DNA from: an uncultured SAR86 cluster bacterium
GTDB lineage: Bacteria; Pseudomonadota; Gammaproteobacteria; Magnimaribacterales; AG-339-G14
Assembly (NCBI GenBank): GCA_902625415.1
Contig: CACOBG010000005.1
Span: forward strand, 43,002 to 107,001
DNA length: 64,000 nt
Direction: 5' to 3'
A model generated the notes under the pieces. That model worked only from the letters and a program-made list of their open reading frames with translations, was not told the origin of the DNA and did not search any database. The position numbers and the translations under genes were made by a program. Shown in pieces: positions 27,618 through 36,947 of this stretch. The first letter of the stretch is position 1; the number at the start of each line of letters is the position of its first letter.

Positions 27618-28116
27618 TTTTGAAAACCAATTTAATCAGCTCTGAAAAGCTCTGAAGGATCAAAAGAACAGGAAAAATAATTAAGCTTGTTTTGAAAAGA
27701 TACACAAAAGGAAGACCACCTGGTTCTGGAGAAATTTCGTTAATGGACCAAGCAAAGTAAACGTATTCAAATGAAAATATTAAAATTACCCAAGCCAAGG
27801 GTTGTAAAAAAAACAGATTTCCAAAAATATTTACCATTCTTTTTCTTTTATCCGACAATTCTCTGTAGAAAATGTCTACTCTGACATGCGCATCATCTTT
27901 AAGAGCTAATGCGGCATAAAATAGAAAAAGCATCCCATGTGAATAGACGAGCAGTTCTTGCATTGCAACTACTCCGATTTCAAAAACGTATCTTAAGATG
28001 ACAATCATCGAGCTTAGAAAAATCATTAATAAAATGAGCCAAGAAGAAATATTTCCGAAAAAGAAAGGAAATAAATTAAGTATATTCTCAATGGTTTTGG
28101 TAATTTTTTTGAGCAT
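27610..28116 (-). CDS. dctQ: TRAP transporter small permease subunit
   Basis: 168 aa, 4 TM helices, immediately upstream of and overlapping dctM. Confidence 0.75.
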   Translation of the reverse strand: MLKKITKTIENILNLFPFFFGNISSWLILLMIFLSSMIVILRYVFEIGVVAMQELLVYSHGMLFLFYAALALKDDAHVRVDIFYRELSDKRKRMVNIFGNLFFLQPLAWVILIFSFEYVYFAWSINEISPEPGGLPFVYLFKTSLIIFPVLLILQSFSELIKLVFKND

Positions 28117-28141
28117 TGAAATATGATTTAATAATACTGTA

Positions 28142-28906
28142 ATGATTATAGTTCTATCTCCAGCTAAGACGTTAGATTATTCTTTTTCAGAAAAGGGACT
28201 GGATTTTTCAGTACCGCCTTTTTTGCCTAAATCTAAAAATTTAGTGTCTACTATGAAGAAATTCAATAAATCTGAGTTGTCTTCTTTAATGGGAGTCAGT
28301 GAAAAAATTTCTGCTTTAAACCATGATAGATTCCAGAATTGGTCTCAAGCAACCAAACCTTCAGCTTATGCGAAACAAGCTGGATTTGTTTTTAAAGGAG
28401 ATGTCTATCAAGGACTGGAGTTTGAAAAACTTTCAAAACAAGACATAAATTTTGCACAAAAACACCTCAGGATCCTTTCCGGACTTTATGGAGTTTTAAA
28501 ACCATTAGATATTATTTTGCCTTACCGTCTTGAGATGGGTACTAAAATTTCTATTGCAAAAAACAAGGATTTGTATGAGTTTTGGAAAGAAGAAATTACC
28601 AATCATTTAAACAAAGATCTCAAAGCAACTTCTATTTTGGTGAATCTTGCTTCTATTGAATATTTTTCATCTGTTGATACTGAAAAGTTGAAAAGCCGAG
28701 TCATCAGTCCGGTCTTCAAAGATTTCAAAAACGGCCAATTCAAGATAATTAGCTTTTACGCGAAAAAGGCTAGAGGATTAATGGCCAAGTATTTGATTGA
28801 AAGTCGAGCTAAAACTTCTGAAGATCTTCAAAAATTCAACCTAGACGGCTATAAATTTTCTAAAAAAGATTCGACTGAAGATAGCCCAGTTTTTCTAAGA
28901 AAATAA
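28142..28906 (+). CDS. yaaA: peroxide stress protein YaaA (UPF0246)
   Basis: MIIVLSPAKTLDY N-terminus and a length of 254 aa. Confidence 0.9.
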   Translation: MIIVLSPAKTLDYSFSEKGLDFSVPPFLPKSKNLVSTMKKFNKSELSSLMGVSEKISALNHDRFQNWSQATKPSAYAKQAGFVFKGDVYQGLEFEKLSKQDINFAQKHLRILSGLYGVLKPLDIILPYRLEMGTKISIAKNKDLYEFWKEEITNHLNKDLKATSILVNLASIEYFSSVDTEKLKSRVISPVFKDFKNGQFKIISFYAKKARGLMAKYLIESRAKTSEDLQKFNLDGYKFSKKDSTEDSPVFLRK

Positions 28907-28907
28907 T

Positions 28908-29786
28908 CTACCCCTGATATCCACCATCAAGATATTTTTTTCCAGTTCTTGGAATTAAATCATCAAACTCTGGATCTTTATTATTTGCTTTTGCTTCAAA
29001 GGCTACAGACATCTCATCACTAATTCCCATTGCAGCATTCCACAAAGCAACATGATTTAAAGACTCTTCAATTGTATGATCTCGTCCATAATTAAGAATT
29101 TCTTTTGTTCCCGCAACTGCCAATGGACCCTTGGAAGCAATTTCTTCTGCAATAATTTTCACCGCTGACATCATTTCTTCATGGGAATCAAAAACTTTGT
29201 TTACCAAGCCATGAGCTTTTGCTTCATCAGCAAAAAACCTTCTGCCTGTGTAGGCTAATTCTCTTACTACTCCTTCTGGAATCAATCTTGGAATTCTTTG
29301 CAAAGTTCCAACATCTGCTGCCATCCCAATATTAATTTCCTGAATACAAAAGAATGCTTCTTTAGTACAGAATCTCATATCTGTTGCTGTTGCCAGGTCT
29401 AAACCACCACCTATACAACCTCCTTGAATAGCTGAAATAACTGGAATTCTTGCTTTTTCAAGAGAAGTGATTGTATGTTGAAGGTCTAGAGTGATTCTAA
29501 AACCTGCTTCCTTTTTCATTCCATTATGGGTATTAGAAGATTTTGGCTCAGTGGGATTGTCGCTCAATGAAAAGTTAGCTAAATCCATTCCGGCACAAAA
29601 ATGTTTTCCTGTAGAAGATAGGACTATTACCCTTGCACTGGCATCATCAGATATTTTTTCAACAAGATGAGGCAATTCTGACCAAAATGCTTTATTCATT
29701 GTATTGTACTCATCTGGTCGACACATGGTTACATACGCCACTTTGTTTTTTATTTCTAAATCAAAACAAGTATATTTATTTGTCAT
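28908..29786 (-). CDS. enoyl-CoA hydratase/isomerase (crotonase) family protein
   Basis: KHFCAGMDLANF and IQGGCIGGGLDL oxyanion-hole segments. AAGGAG ribosome-binding site upstream. Confidence 0.85.
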   Translation of the reverse strand: MTNKYTCFDLEIKNKVAYVTMCRPDEYNTMNKAFWSELPHLVEKISDDASARVIVLSSTGKHFCAGMDLANFSLSDNPTEPKSSNTHNGMKKEAGFRITLDLQHTITSLEKARIPVISAIQGGCIGGGLDLATATDMRFCTKEAFFCIQEINIGMAADVGTLQRIPRLIPEGVVRELAYTGRRFFADEAKAHGLVNKVFDSHEEMMSAVKIIAEEIASKGPLAVAGTKEILNYGRDHTIEESLNHVALWNAAMGISDEMSVAFEAKANNKDPEFDDLIPRTGKKYLDGGYQG

Positions 29787-29798
29787 TTCAACTCCTTT

Positions 29799-29966
29799 TT
29801 ACTTTTTAAGTTTTTCAATCAAATCTATTGAAAGCTCTTCAAGTTCCTCAATTAACTCAAACTCTTTATGATGAGGCATAACAACCTTTCTATTTTTCAA
29901 ACTAAGTCTCTTTAGACCGGAATGAATGTCTTCAGCTTGTTTCAATAAATCTTCTTTATCAATCAT
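29799..29966 (-). CDS. possible 55-aa helical protein (below the ORF-track cutoff)
   Basis: Read by hand: MIDKEDLLKQAEDIHSGLKRLSLKNRKVVMPHHKEFELIEELEELSIDLIEKLKK*. It fills most of a 236-nt gap and ends 12 nt before the crotonase gene start. Confidence 0.3.
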   Translation of the reverse strand: MIDKEDLLKQAEDIHSGLKRLSLKNRKVVMPHHKEFELIEELEELSIDLIEKLKK

Positions 29967-30022
29967 AATATGTTCTCTAATTAGAGTGTTATTGTAATTT
30001 ATAAATAGTATTTATAAAAATA

Positions 30023-30826
30023 ATGATGAATAAAGTGAATCAAACTCATATCTCAGAAAAGTTAATTAAAATATTCAAAAGCGCAAAAAAGTTTTTTGTT
30101 AATTTTGACTCAATAGATCTTAAGGTAAGTTATAAAAAAGATAACTCTCCTCTGACAATCTTAGATACCGAGGTAGACCAATTCATAAGAAAAGAGCTAA
30201 AAAAAATTAATCAAGATTTTGCACTTATCTCTGAAGAGACTAGCCAAGAACAAGCAAATTCTGAATACGCTTGGATCATAGATCCTATAGATGGTACAAA
30301 AGAATTAATAAATGGCAGTGATGAATTTACTTTAAACATTGCCCTAATTAACAAACAAAAACCAATACTTGGCGCTATCTATCAACCCATGAAAGATAGC
30401 ATCTTTTTAGGCGGTACCGATTTACCACCAAAAAAAATTATTGATGAAAAAATGGTGTCTCTTTCTAATAAGAACAATCAAATCTGCAATGTTTTAATTA
30501 GTAAATCTCACAGCAGTGAAGAAGAAATGGATTTTTGTACAAAAGTAATGTCTAAATTTAAGGGATCTAAAGTTATTAGAATGGGAAGTTCGATAAAGTT
30601 TTGTAGGATTTGTGAAGGAATAGCAGACCTTTATCCTAGATTTGGAGATATTTATTCCTGGGATATCGCAGCTGGACACGCTATTTTAAAAGCTTTTGGA
30701 GGAGATGTATTGGATACAGACCTTCAAGAGATTTCTTATGATATGAACGAAAAACAGTTAATTAAGGGATTTTTTGCTTTTTCTAATAAAAAAAGGTTAG
30801 ATTTTCTGAGGCAAATAGATTCTTAA
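30023..30826 (+). CDS. cysQ: inositol monophosphatase-family protein, CysQ-like 3'(2'),5'-bisphosphate nucleotidase
   Basis: WIIDPIDGTKE and SWDIAAGHAIL motifs. Confidence 0.75.
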   Translation: MMNKVNQTHISEKLIKIFKSAKKFFVNFDSIDLKVSYKKDNSPLTILDTEVDQFIRKELKKINQDFALISEETSQEQANSEYAWIIDPIDGTKELINGSDEFTLNIALINKQKPILGAIYQPMKDSIFLGGTDLPPKKIIDEKMVSLSNKNNQICNVLISKSHSSEEEMDFCTKVMSKFKGSKVIRMGSSIKFCRICEGIADLYPRFGDIYSWDIAAGHAILKAFGGDVLDTDLQEISYDMNEKQLIKGFFAFSNKKRLDFLRQIDS

Positions 30827-30894
30827 ACTATTTTTATAACTTTTTTAGTAAATTATTTCTAAAAAGATGAAAAAAAGGTATAAAATCCGCAATT

Positions 30895-31746
30895 ATGGGT
30901 AAAGAACTACAACCTATGGATATTTCTTCTCCGGGACAAAACCTGGAGTCCTATCTTAATTCTATTCAAAATATCTCTATTTTGACTCCCGAAGAGGAGA
31001 AAAAACTTGCCGAAGAGCTTTACTATAATAATGACTTGGAAGCGGCTAGAAAGCTTGTAATGGCACATTTGAGGTTTGTCGCCCATGTGGCCAGAGGCTA
31101 TTCCGGATATGGCCTTCCTCAAGCAGATCTTATTCAAGAAGGGAACGTTGGCCTTATGAAAGCTGTAAGGAAATTCAATCCGGAAGTTGGCGTCAGGCTC
31201 ATATCCTTTGCGATTCATTGGATAAAATCTGAAATTCATGAATACATTTTAAAAAATTGGAAAATCGTCAAAGTAGCAACTACCAAAGCTCAAAGAAAGC
31301 TTTTCTTTAATCTTAGAAGTAAAAGAAAAGAGTTAAATTGGCTCTCTTCTGATGAAGTAAAAATGATTTCCTCCGAATTAGGTGTAGATGAAAAATCTGT
31401 AAAAGAAATGGAATCCAGAATGAATTCTTCAGATGTTTCTTTTGACCCACCTACAGAAGCCAATGACGATCAGGCATCTTACAGTCCCGCTAATTACATT
31501 TCTGATTCAAGCATGGATCCAGCAGAGCTCATTGAAAAAAATGATTTAGAAAATCACAACAATAGCGAACTTCTTTCTGCCATTTCTGAATTAGATCAAA
31601 GAAGCAAAGAAATTTTAATGGATCGTTGGCTTAGTGACATGAAACCCACTCTTCACGAACTATCTGATAAATATGGAGTTAGCGCAGAACGAATAAGGCA
31701 AATTGAAAAATCTGCCATGGACGTGATTAAGGAAAAATTGAGCTAA
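30895..31746 (+). CDS. rpoH: RNA polymerase sigma-32 (heat-shock sigma factor)
   Basis: QADLIQEGNVGLMKAVRKFNPEVGVRLISFAIHWIKSEIHEYILKNWKIVKVATTKAQRKLFFNLR, including the RpoH box. Confidence 0.95.
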   Translation: MGKELQPMDISSPGQNLESYLNSIQNISILTPEEEKKLAEELYYNNDLEAARKLVMAHLRFVAHVARGYSGYGLPQADLIQEGNVGLMKAVRKFNPEVGVRLISFAIHWIKSEIHEYILKNWKIVKVATTKAQRKLFFNLRSKRKELNWLSSDEVKMISSELGVDEKSVKEMESRMNSSDVSFDPPTEANDDQASYSPANYISDSSMDPAELIEKNDLENHNNSELLSAISELDQRSKEILMDRWLSDMKPTLHELSDKYGVSAERIRQIEKSAMDVIKEKLS

Positions 31747-31749
31747 ATT

Positions 31750-31965
31750 TTGGTAAGCTCTCCAATAAAAATCTTCATAAACGGCGATTTAAAAAAATTT
31801 CCTCAAGAAACAAATATCGTCACTGTCTTAAAGTCTCTAAATATATCTTCCAAACACATTGCTATTGAAATAAATGAAAATTTGGTTTTTAGATCGGATT
31901 GGCAGGAAACCAATCTTAAAGATGGAGATAAAGTAGAAATTGTAAAAGCGATAGGTGGTGGCTAA
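31750..31965 (+). CDS. thiS: sulfur-carrier protein ThiS
   Basis: 71 aa with a ubiquitin-like pattern (IFINGD...) ending in GGG, directly before thiG. TTG start. Confidence 0.8.
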   Translation: MVSSPIKIFINGDLKKFPQETNIVTVLKSLNISSKHIAIEINENLVFRSDWQETNLKDGDKVEIVKAIGGG

Positions 31966-32745
31966 TTGACTCAGGACAGCTTAGTCATTGCGGGAAAAAA
32001 CTACTCATCAAGACTTCTAGTAGGTACAGGTAAATATAAAGATGAAACTGAAGCAATCGCATCTATTGAAGCTTCGGGAGCAGAAATTGTTACCGTTGCT
32101 ATTAGAAGAATAGACCTTCAAAACGATAAAGATTCTTCAATTCTTGATTATATATCTCCGGATAAATACACAATTCTTCCTAATACTGCTGGTGCCTATT
32201 CAACAAAAGATGCAGTGCGGATGGCAAAATTAGGTAGAGAGATTTTGGGCGGTAAAAACTTACTAAAGTTAGAAGTACTTGATGATCCAAAAACGTTACT
32301 ACCAAATATGGATTTGACCATAGAGGCAGCAGAAATTTTAGTAAGAGACGGTTTTGAGCTAATGGTTTATTGCACGGCTGATTATGAAAGTTGCATGAAA
32401 CTTGAAGATATTGGATGTGTTTCCATAATGCCATTAGCTGCACCCATTGGTTCTGGCCAGGGTATTGCAGAGCCTCAAAAAATTCAAAAAATTATTGATT
32501 CAGTTTCTGTGCCAGTCATTATTGATGCTGGTATTGGTACTGCTTCAGATGCTTCAATAGCAATGGAAATGGGGGCTGATGCAGTTTTATTAAACACCGC
32601 CATTGCAAAATCTGAAAATCCTACTCAGATGGCCTTAGCAATGAAATTAGCAGTTGAATCAGGAAGGCTTGCCCACAAATCAGGAAGAATTCCTAAATCC
32701 CAACCTAGTCCTAGCTCTCCAGAAAAAGGCATCATTGAGTCTTGA
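31966..32745 (+). CDS. thiG: thiazole synthase
   Basis: LLVGTGKYKD and the TIM-barrel pattern. The TTG start directly abuts the thiS stop. Confidence 0.95.
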   Translation: MTQDSLVIAGKNYSSRLLVGTGKYKDETEAIASIEASGAEIVTVAIRRIDLQNDKDSSILDYISPDKYTILPNTAGAYSTKDAVRMAKLGREILGGKNLLKLEVLDDPKTLLPNMDLTIEAAEILVRDGFELMVYCTADYESCMKLEDIGCVSIMPLAAPIGSGQGIAEPQKIQKIIDSVSVPVIIDAGIGTASDASIAMEMGADAVLLNTAIAKSENPTQMALAMKLAVESGRLAHKSGRIPKSQPSPSSPEKGIIES

Positions 32746-33395
32746 AAAGAGAGGTTAAATCTTTTGTGCATGTTCGCAGCAGAACATCCAAAAAAGATCT
32801 AGAAATTTTCGAGAAATTTAAAAATAAGAATTTTTTTGATTCAAAAGAAGTTAGCCATATATCAAAATTACTTCCGGAAAAACAATTTAATATTCTTGAA
32901 ATAGGCTTTGGAGATGGTAACAACTTAATTGAAAAGGCAATGGCCAACTCTAATATGAACTTTTATGGGATCGAAGTTTTTAAGTCTGGTATTGCCTCCG
33001 TTTTGAAACATGTGCAAATTCATGATTTAAAAAACATATGTTTGTTTTATGGCGATGCAAAAGATTTTTTAGTAAAAATTGAAAAACCTTTTTTTGATTT
33101 TATTTTTATTTTATTTCCAGATCCTTGGCCGAAAAAAAAACATTGGAAAAGAAGGTTGATAGACCAAAATTTTCTAAATCTCATAAAACAAAATCTAAAA
33201 GAAAAGGGACGCTTAATCGTCAAGACAGACTGGCAAGATTATGCCGATGATATAAAAAAAGACTTTGCAGAATTCAAAGTATTGCATGATTCAAATGTTT
33301 TGCAGTCACTCAAACCCATACAAACAAAATATGAGGGGAAAGCGATAGAAGAGGGTAGAGAAGTTTTTACTTATATAACTGATTTAAATGCTTAA
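32742..33395 (+). CDS. trmB: tRNA (guanine-N7)-methyltransferase
   Basis: LEIGFGDG SAM motif and FPDPWPKKKHWKRR. Confidence 0.9.
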   Translation: MKREVKSFVHVRSRTSKKDLEIFEKFKNKNFFDSKEVSHISKLLPEKQFNILEIGFGDGNNLIEKAMANSNMNFYGIEVFKSGIASVLKHVQIHDLKNICLFYGDAKDFLVKIEKPFFDFIFILFPDPWPKKKHWKRRLIDQNFLNLIKQNLKEKGRLIVKTDWQDYADDIKKDFAEFKVLHDSNVLQSLKPIQTKYEGKAIEEGREVFTYITDLNA

Positions 33396-33954
33396 GCATT
33401 TCTTGAGTAGATTTTGCTCTGTGACTTATTTTCATTCTCTCTTCAAATGAGACCTCTGCCAAAGTTTGACAAGAATTTTTAATTTTAAAAATTGGGTCAT
33501 AACCAAATCCTTCATCACCTTTTTTTTCTTTGATGATTTCTCCTTCTAATTCGCCAAAAGAAAAAAGCTCAAGATTCCTTTGTGGATCGTAAAACGCTAA
33601 TGTGGAAACAAATTTTGCTTTAGTATTTTCTAAATTTTTAACTGCTTTGAGCAATTTTTTTATATTTGTCTCATCAGTTGCATGTTTTCCTGAATATCTA
33701 GCAGAAAAAAGCCCGGGATCGTTATTTAGTAATTTAACTTCAAGGCCTGAGTCATCTCCAAGTGAGGGATGATTACTAAGCTCACTCGCTTTTTTAGCTT
33801 TTAACATCGCATTTTCTTCATAAGAGCTTCCGGTCTCATCAATGTCTCCAGTTGTGAAGTCTTTTAAAGAAAGAATCTCAAAACTGGAGTTGCTAAATAA
33901 GTCTTTGAATTCTTTTAATTTACCTTTGTTAAAAGTTGCAATAACTATCTTCAA
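33367..33954 (-). CDS. rdgB: dITP/XTP pyrophosphatase (Ham1/RdgB)
   Basis: IVIATFNKGKLKEF and GFGYDPIF. Confidence 0.9.
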   Translation of the reverse strand: MKIVIATFNKGKLKEFKDLFSNSSFEILSLKDFTTGDIDETGSSYEENAMLKAKKASELSNHPSLGDDSGLEVKLLNNDPGLFSARYSGKHATDETNIKKLLKAVKNLENTKAKFVSTLAFYDPQRNLELFSFGELEGEIIKEKKGDEGFGYDPIFKIKNSCQTLAEVSFEERMKISHRAKSTQEMLKHLNQLYK

Positions 33955-34535
33955 TTTTCTTTGACAAGCTTATAAAGAGCCACTTCTGAAAATAGATTTG
34001 GTAAAAGTTTCATTAGAATGCTTTCTTCACCATTTATTTTTGAAAGTTTTCTCTCAACAATTTTGATATTAGATTTCTTACAAAGTTCCTCGAAATCCTC
34101 CAAAGAGCAAAGATGTAAATTTGGCGTTGAGTACCAATCGTAAGGCAAAGCACTCGAAATTGGCATTTGTCCCTTAAAAAAAAGTTGAAGCCTGCATTTG
34201 ATATTTGCAAAATTTGGAATAGAAACAATACATTCTTTTCCAATTCGAACAATCTCTTCTAATGCTACTTCCGGTTTTTTAAGAGCCTGGATAGATTGAC
34301 TCATCACAACATAATCAAAAGATTGGTTGCTAAAATTTTCCAAACCACTATCGATATCTTGTTCGATAACTGAGATTCCTTTTTTTAAACAGCTTTTTAT
34401 TTTTTCGGCATCTATTTCAATACCTAAACCGGAAGCAGACTTTTCTTTCCTTAAATCGTTAAGAAGAGACCCGTCTCCACAACCAAGATCTAGAACTTTG
34501 GAGTCTCGAGAAATCCAATCATTTATCTTAAACAT
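33951..34535 (-). CDS. metW: methionine biosynthesis protein MetW
   Basis: VLDLGCGDGSLL. Position immediately after metX with an 8-nt overlap. Confidence 0.9.
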   Translation of the reverse strand: MFKINDWISRDSKVLDLGCGDGSLLNDLRKEKSASGLGIEIDAEKIKSCLKKGISVIEQDIDSGLENFSNQSFDYVVMSQSIQALKKPEVALEEIVRIGKECIVSIPNFANIKCRLQLFFKGQMPISSALPYDWYSTPNLHLCSLEDFEELCKKSNIKIVERKLSKINGEESILMKLLPNLFSEVALYKLVKEN

Positions 34536-35634
34536 CTGCTTCTAAAAAACTATTAATAGCATTTTCATATCTATCGTTTTTCATTAAAAAACTATCATGG
34601 CCTTGAATGGAATCAATATCCAAGTAACTTACTTTTTTTTCTGCATGAATTAAGGCATCTACGATTTCTTTAGATCTTTCTGAGGGAAATCTCCAATCAG
34701 ATTTAAAAGACACAACCAAGAACTGACATGATGCCTTTGAAAGGGTTTCAGATAGATTCCCGTCATCCTTTTTTGCAGGATCGAAATAATCTAAAGCTTT
34801 CGTCATCAGTAAGTACGTATGTGCATTAAAACTTTTTGAAAAATTTGCCCCTTGATATCTTAAATAACTTTCTATTTCAAATTCAACATCATAGCCGTAT
34901 GCAATTTTTTCCTTCTTCAACTCTCTGCCAAATTTATTTTTCATTGATTCTTCAGAAAGATATGTAATATGCCCCAACATTCTTGCAAGTCCCAATCCCT
35001 TTTCAGGGTGCGCATCTCCTTTTGTAAAATCAGGATCTGAAATAATTGATTGTCTTGCAACTTCATTGAAAGCGATATTTTGAGTACTTAGCTTTGGAGC
35101 AGCTGCAATGATGATAGCCTTTGATAATTTATTAGGAAATTCAATCGCCCATTGCAAGGCTTGCATCCCTCCAAGACTACCTCCAGCAACACTAAGCCAT
35201 TTTTCAATATTGAGCTCTTCTCTTAAAAGATTTTGGCTGTTAACCCAATCGGAAACTGTAACGATTGGAAAATTAGCACCAAATTCTTTACCGGTTTGAT
35301 CGTCAATTGAACCTGGTCCGGTAGAGCCATGACATCCGCCAAGGTTATTCAAAGAAACAATAAAGTATTTGTTCGTGTCAAAGGCTTTTTCTGGACCAAT
35401 AAGTTCATCCCACCATCCAGGTTTCTTGTCTTCCTTTGAATAAACACCAGCGGCATGATGATTACCACTTAGAGCGTGACATATCAAAATGGCATTAGAT
35501 TTTTCTTTATTTAACTCTCCATAAGTTTCATAAATGAGTTCAAAACCATTCAAACTCTCCCCAGATTCAAGGCGAAAACTTTGGGGGTGTTTAAACTTTC
35601 GTGGCTCAACAATGAGGTGATTATCTTCTGACAT
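34528..35634 (-). CDS. metX: homoserine O-acyltransferase (MetX type)
   Basis: GGSLGGMQALQWA nucleophile elbow and ILICHALSGNHH. Confidence 0.9.
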   Translation of the reverse strand: MSEDNHLIVEPRKFKHPQSFRLESGESLNGFELIYETYGELNKEKSNAILICHALSGNHHAAGVYSKEDKKPGWWDELIGPEKAFDTNKYFIVSLNNLGGCHGSTGPGSIDDQTGKEFGANFPIVTVSDWVNSQNLLREELNIEKWLSVAGGSLGGMQALQWAIEFPNKLSKAIIIAAAPKLSTQNIAFNEVARQSIISDPDFTKGDAHPEKGLGLARMLGHITYLSEESMKNKFGRELKKEKIAYGYDVEFEIESYLRYQGANFSKSFNAHTYLLMTKALDYFDPAKKDDGNLSETLSKASCQFLVVSFKSDWRFPSERSKEIVDALIHAEKKVSYLDIDSIQGHDSFLMKNDRYENAINSFLEADV

Positions 35635-36189
35635 TTATATTAGACTGGTTAAACCTAAAGAAAATTTTGCGTTATACAAAATTCTATCAATTTGTATCAA
35701 AAGAAAAAAAACAATTATGGGTGAGAAGTCCATTCCGCCAAAAATAGTAAATTTTTGAAATGGCTTTAATAAGACATTGGTGATGGAGTTACAAAGAGAT
35801 AAAAACTGATTAGTTGATGCAGGAAAAGCCCAGCTACCGATGATGGATATGAATAACCCATATCTTAAGATTTGACTAAACATCAACAACACACTAATTG
35901 CTGTCCAGGCCAAAGCCTCATTCAAGTTAAAATCTATTTCACTCCCTGAAAGAAAGATATAAAAACCTAAAGCTTTAAAGAAAAAGATTAGAGCCAAACA
36001 GGATAAATCTATTCGATATATCACTGGAAGAATCATGCGAAAGGGTCTTAAAAAAGGCTCTATAAAAGAGTAAGAACGATTAACAATAATGTTGTTGAAA
36101 TTTACTTCAAAGATCCTAAAAAAAAAGTAAATAGAAAGAACAATCGATATCAAATTAATGAATGTGAATATCACAAAGTTTGGATTCAT
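35635..36189 (-). CDS. yggT: YggT-family membrane protein
   Basis: Duplicated YGGT-like segments (LRPFRMILPVIYRIDLS) and conserved proC-yggT synteny. Confidence 0.75.
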   Translation of the reverse strand: MNPNFVIFTFINLISIVLSIYFFFRIFEVNFNNIIVNRSYSFIEPFLRPFRMILPVIYRIDLSCLALIFFFKALGFYIFLSGSEIDFNLNEALAWTAISVLLMFSQILRYGLFISIIGSWAFPASTNQFLSLCNSITNVLLKPFQKFTIFGGMDFSPIIVFFLLIQIDRILYNAKFSLGLTSLI

Positions 36190-36191
36190 AT

Positions 36192-36947
36192 TTATTTACC
36201 TAAATCTTTAGATCTTTCTATTGCCTTTTTTATAGCATCAGAAACTATTGTCTTGAAGCCATTTTCTTTCATTGTTTCTAATGCCTTTTCAGTAACTCCG
36301 CCTTTTGAGGCCACCATGGACATGATGCTCACAAAACCAATTTCTTTCTCTTCATCATATATTTTTGATGTTCCCAACATGAGAGTATTTACCCAGGATT
36401 CAGGTTTTTCAAAACCTTCCTTCTGAGCAATCTCAACTAAAGTTTCTGCCAAAAGGGCAAAGTATGCAGGTCCGGCTCCAACTATGGCAGTAAAAGCATC
36501 AAAATGTTCTTCTTTCATTTCAATTACTGAGCCAAGATTGGAAAGCATATTCTTAACCTCTTCAGATATGGAAAAGTTTGATGTAATGGCAATGGTACTG
36601 TCTCCTGTTCCAATGCCAACAGTTGGCATACCTCTGATGAGGTTTGTTTTTTTCCCTATTAGCGCATGAATTTTATCAAGACTTAATCCTGCCATAAATG
36701 AGATAAAGGTTTTATCTTGCAAGTTAAAGTCATTTTTAGAAAATAACTCCCCAATCATATTAGGTTTAATAGTAAAAAAGATTACATCAGAAGAATTTAT
36801 TGTCTCCTCTAAAGAAAAATAACCATTTGTAACTTTTTTGAGTTCGTCTTTTTCAATTGGATCAGACAAAAATAGATCATAATCTTTAGAAAGCTTTGTA
36901 ACTGCTTTTTCTCCAAGATTCCCGACACCGATAAAACCTATTTTCAT
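36192..36947 (-). CDS. proC: pyrroline-5-carboxylate reductase
   Basis: KIGFIGVGNLG Rossmann motif, C-terminal SKGGVTEKAL and synteny. Confidence 0.85.
   Translation of the reverse strand: MKIGFIGVGNLGEKAVTKLSKDYDLFLSDPIEKDELKKVTNGYFSLEETINSSDVIFFTIKPNMIGELFSKNDFNLQDKTFISFMAGLSLDKIHALIGKKTNLIRGMPTVGIGTGDSTIAITSNFSISEEVKNMLSNLGSVIEMKEEHFDAFTAIVGAGPAYFALLAETLVEIAQKEGFEKPESWVNTLMLGTSKIYDEEKEIGFVSIMSMVASKGGVTEKALETMKENGFKTIVSDAIKKAIERSKDLGK

Noticed and set aside
27142-27645. Antisense or shadow ORFs from the track lying inside larger genes. Examples: 305-514, 818-1018, 2288-2527, 6241-6707, 12309-12734, 14658-15059, 26452-26760, 27142-27645, 41685-42071, 57255-57664.
   Set aside because: Each lies wholly within a longer ORF on the opposite strand or in another frame that has clear family motifs. 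Their translations are low-complexity or Ser/Lys/Ile-rich, as expected for antisense reading of AT-rich genes.
30879-30886. TATAAAAT as a -10 element for rpoH
   Set aside because: It ends only ~10 nt before the ATG, leaving no leader. In this AT-rich sequence such hexamers are frequent, so no promoter call can be supported from sequence alone.
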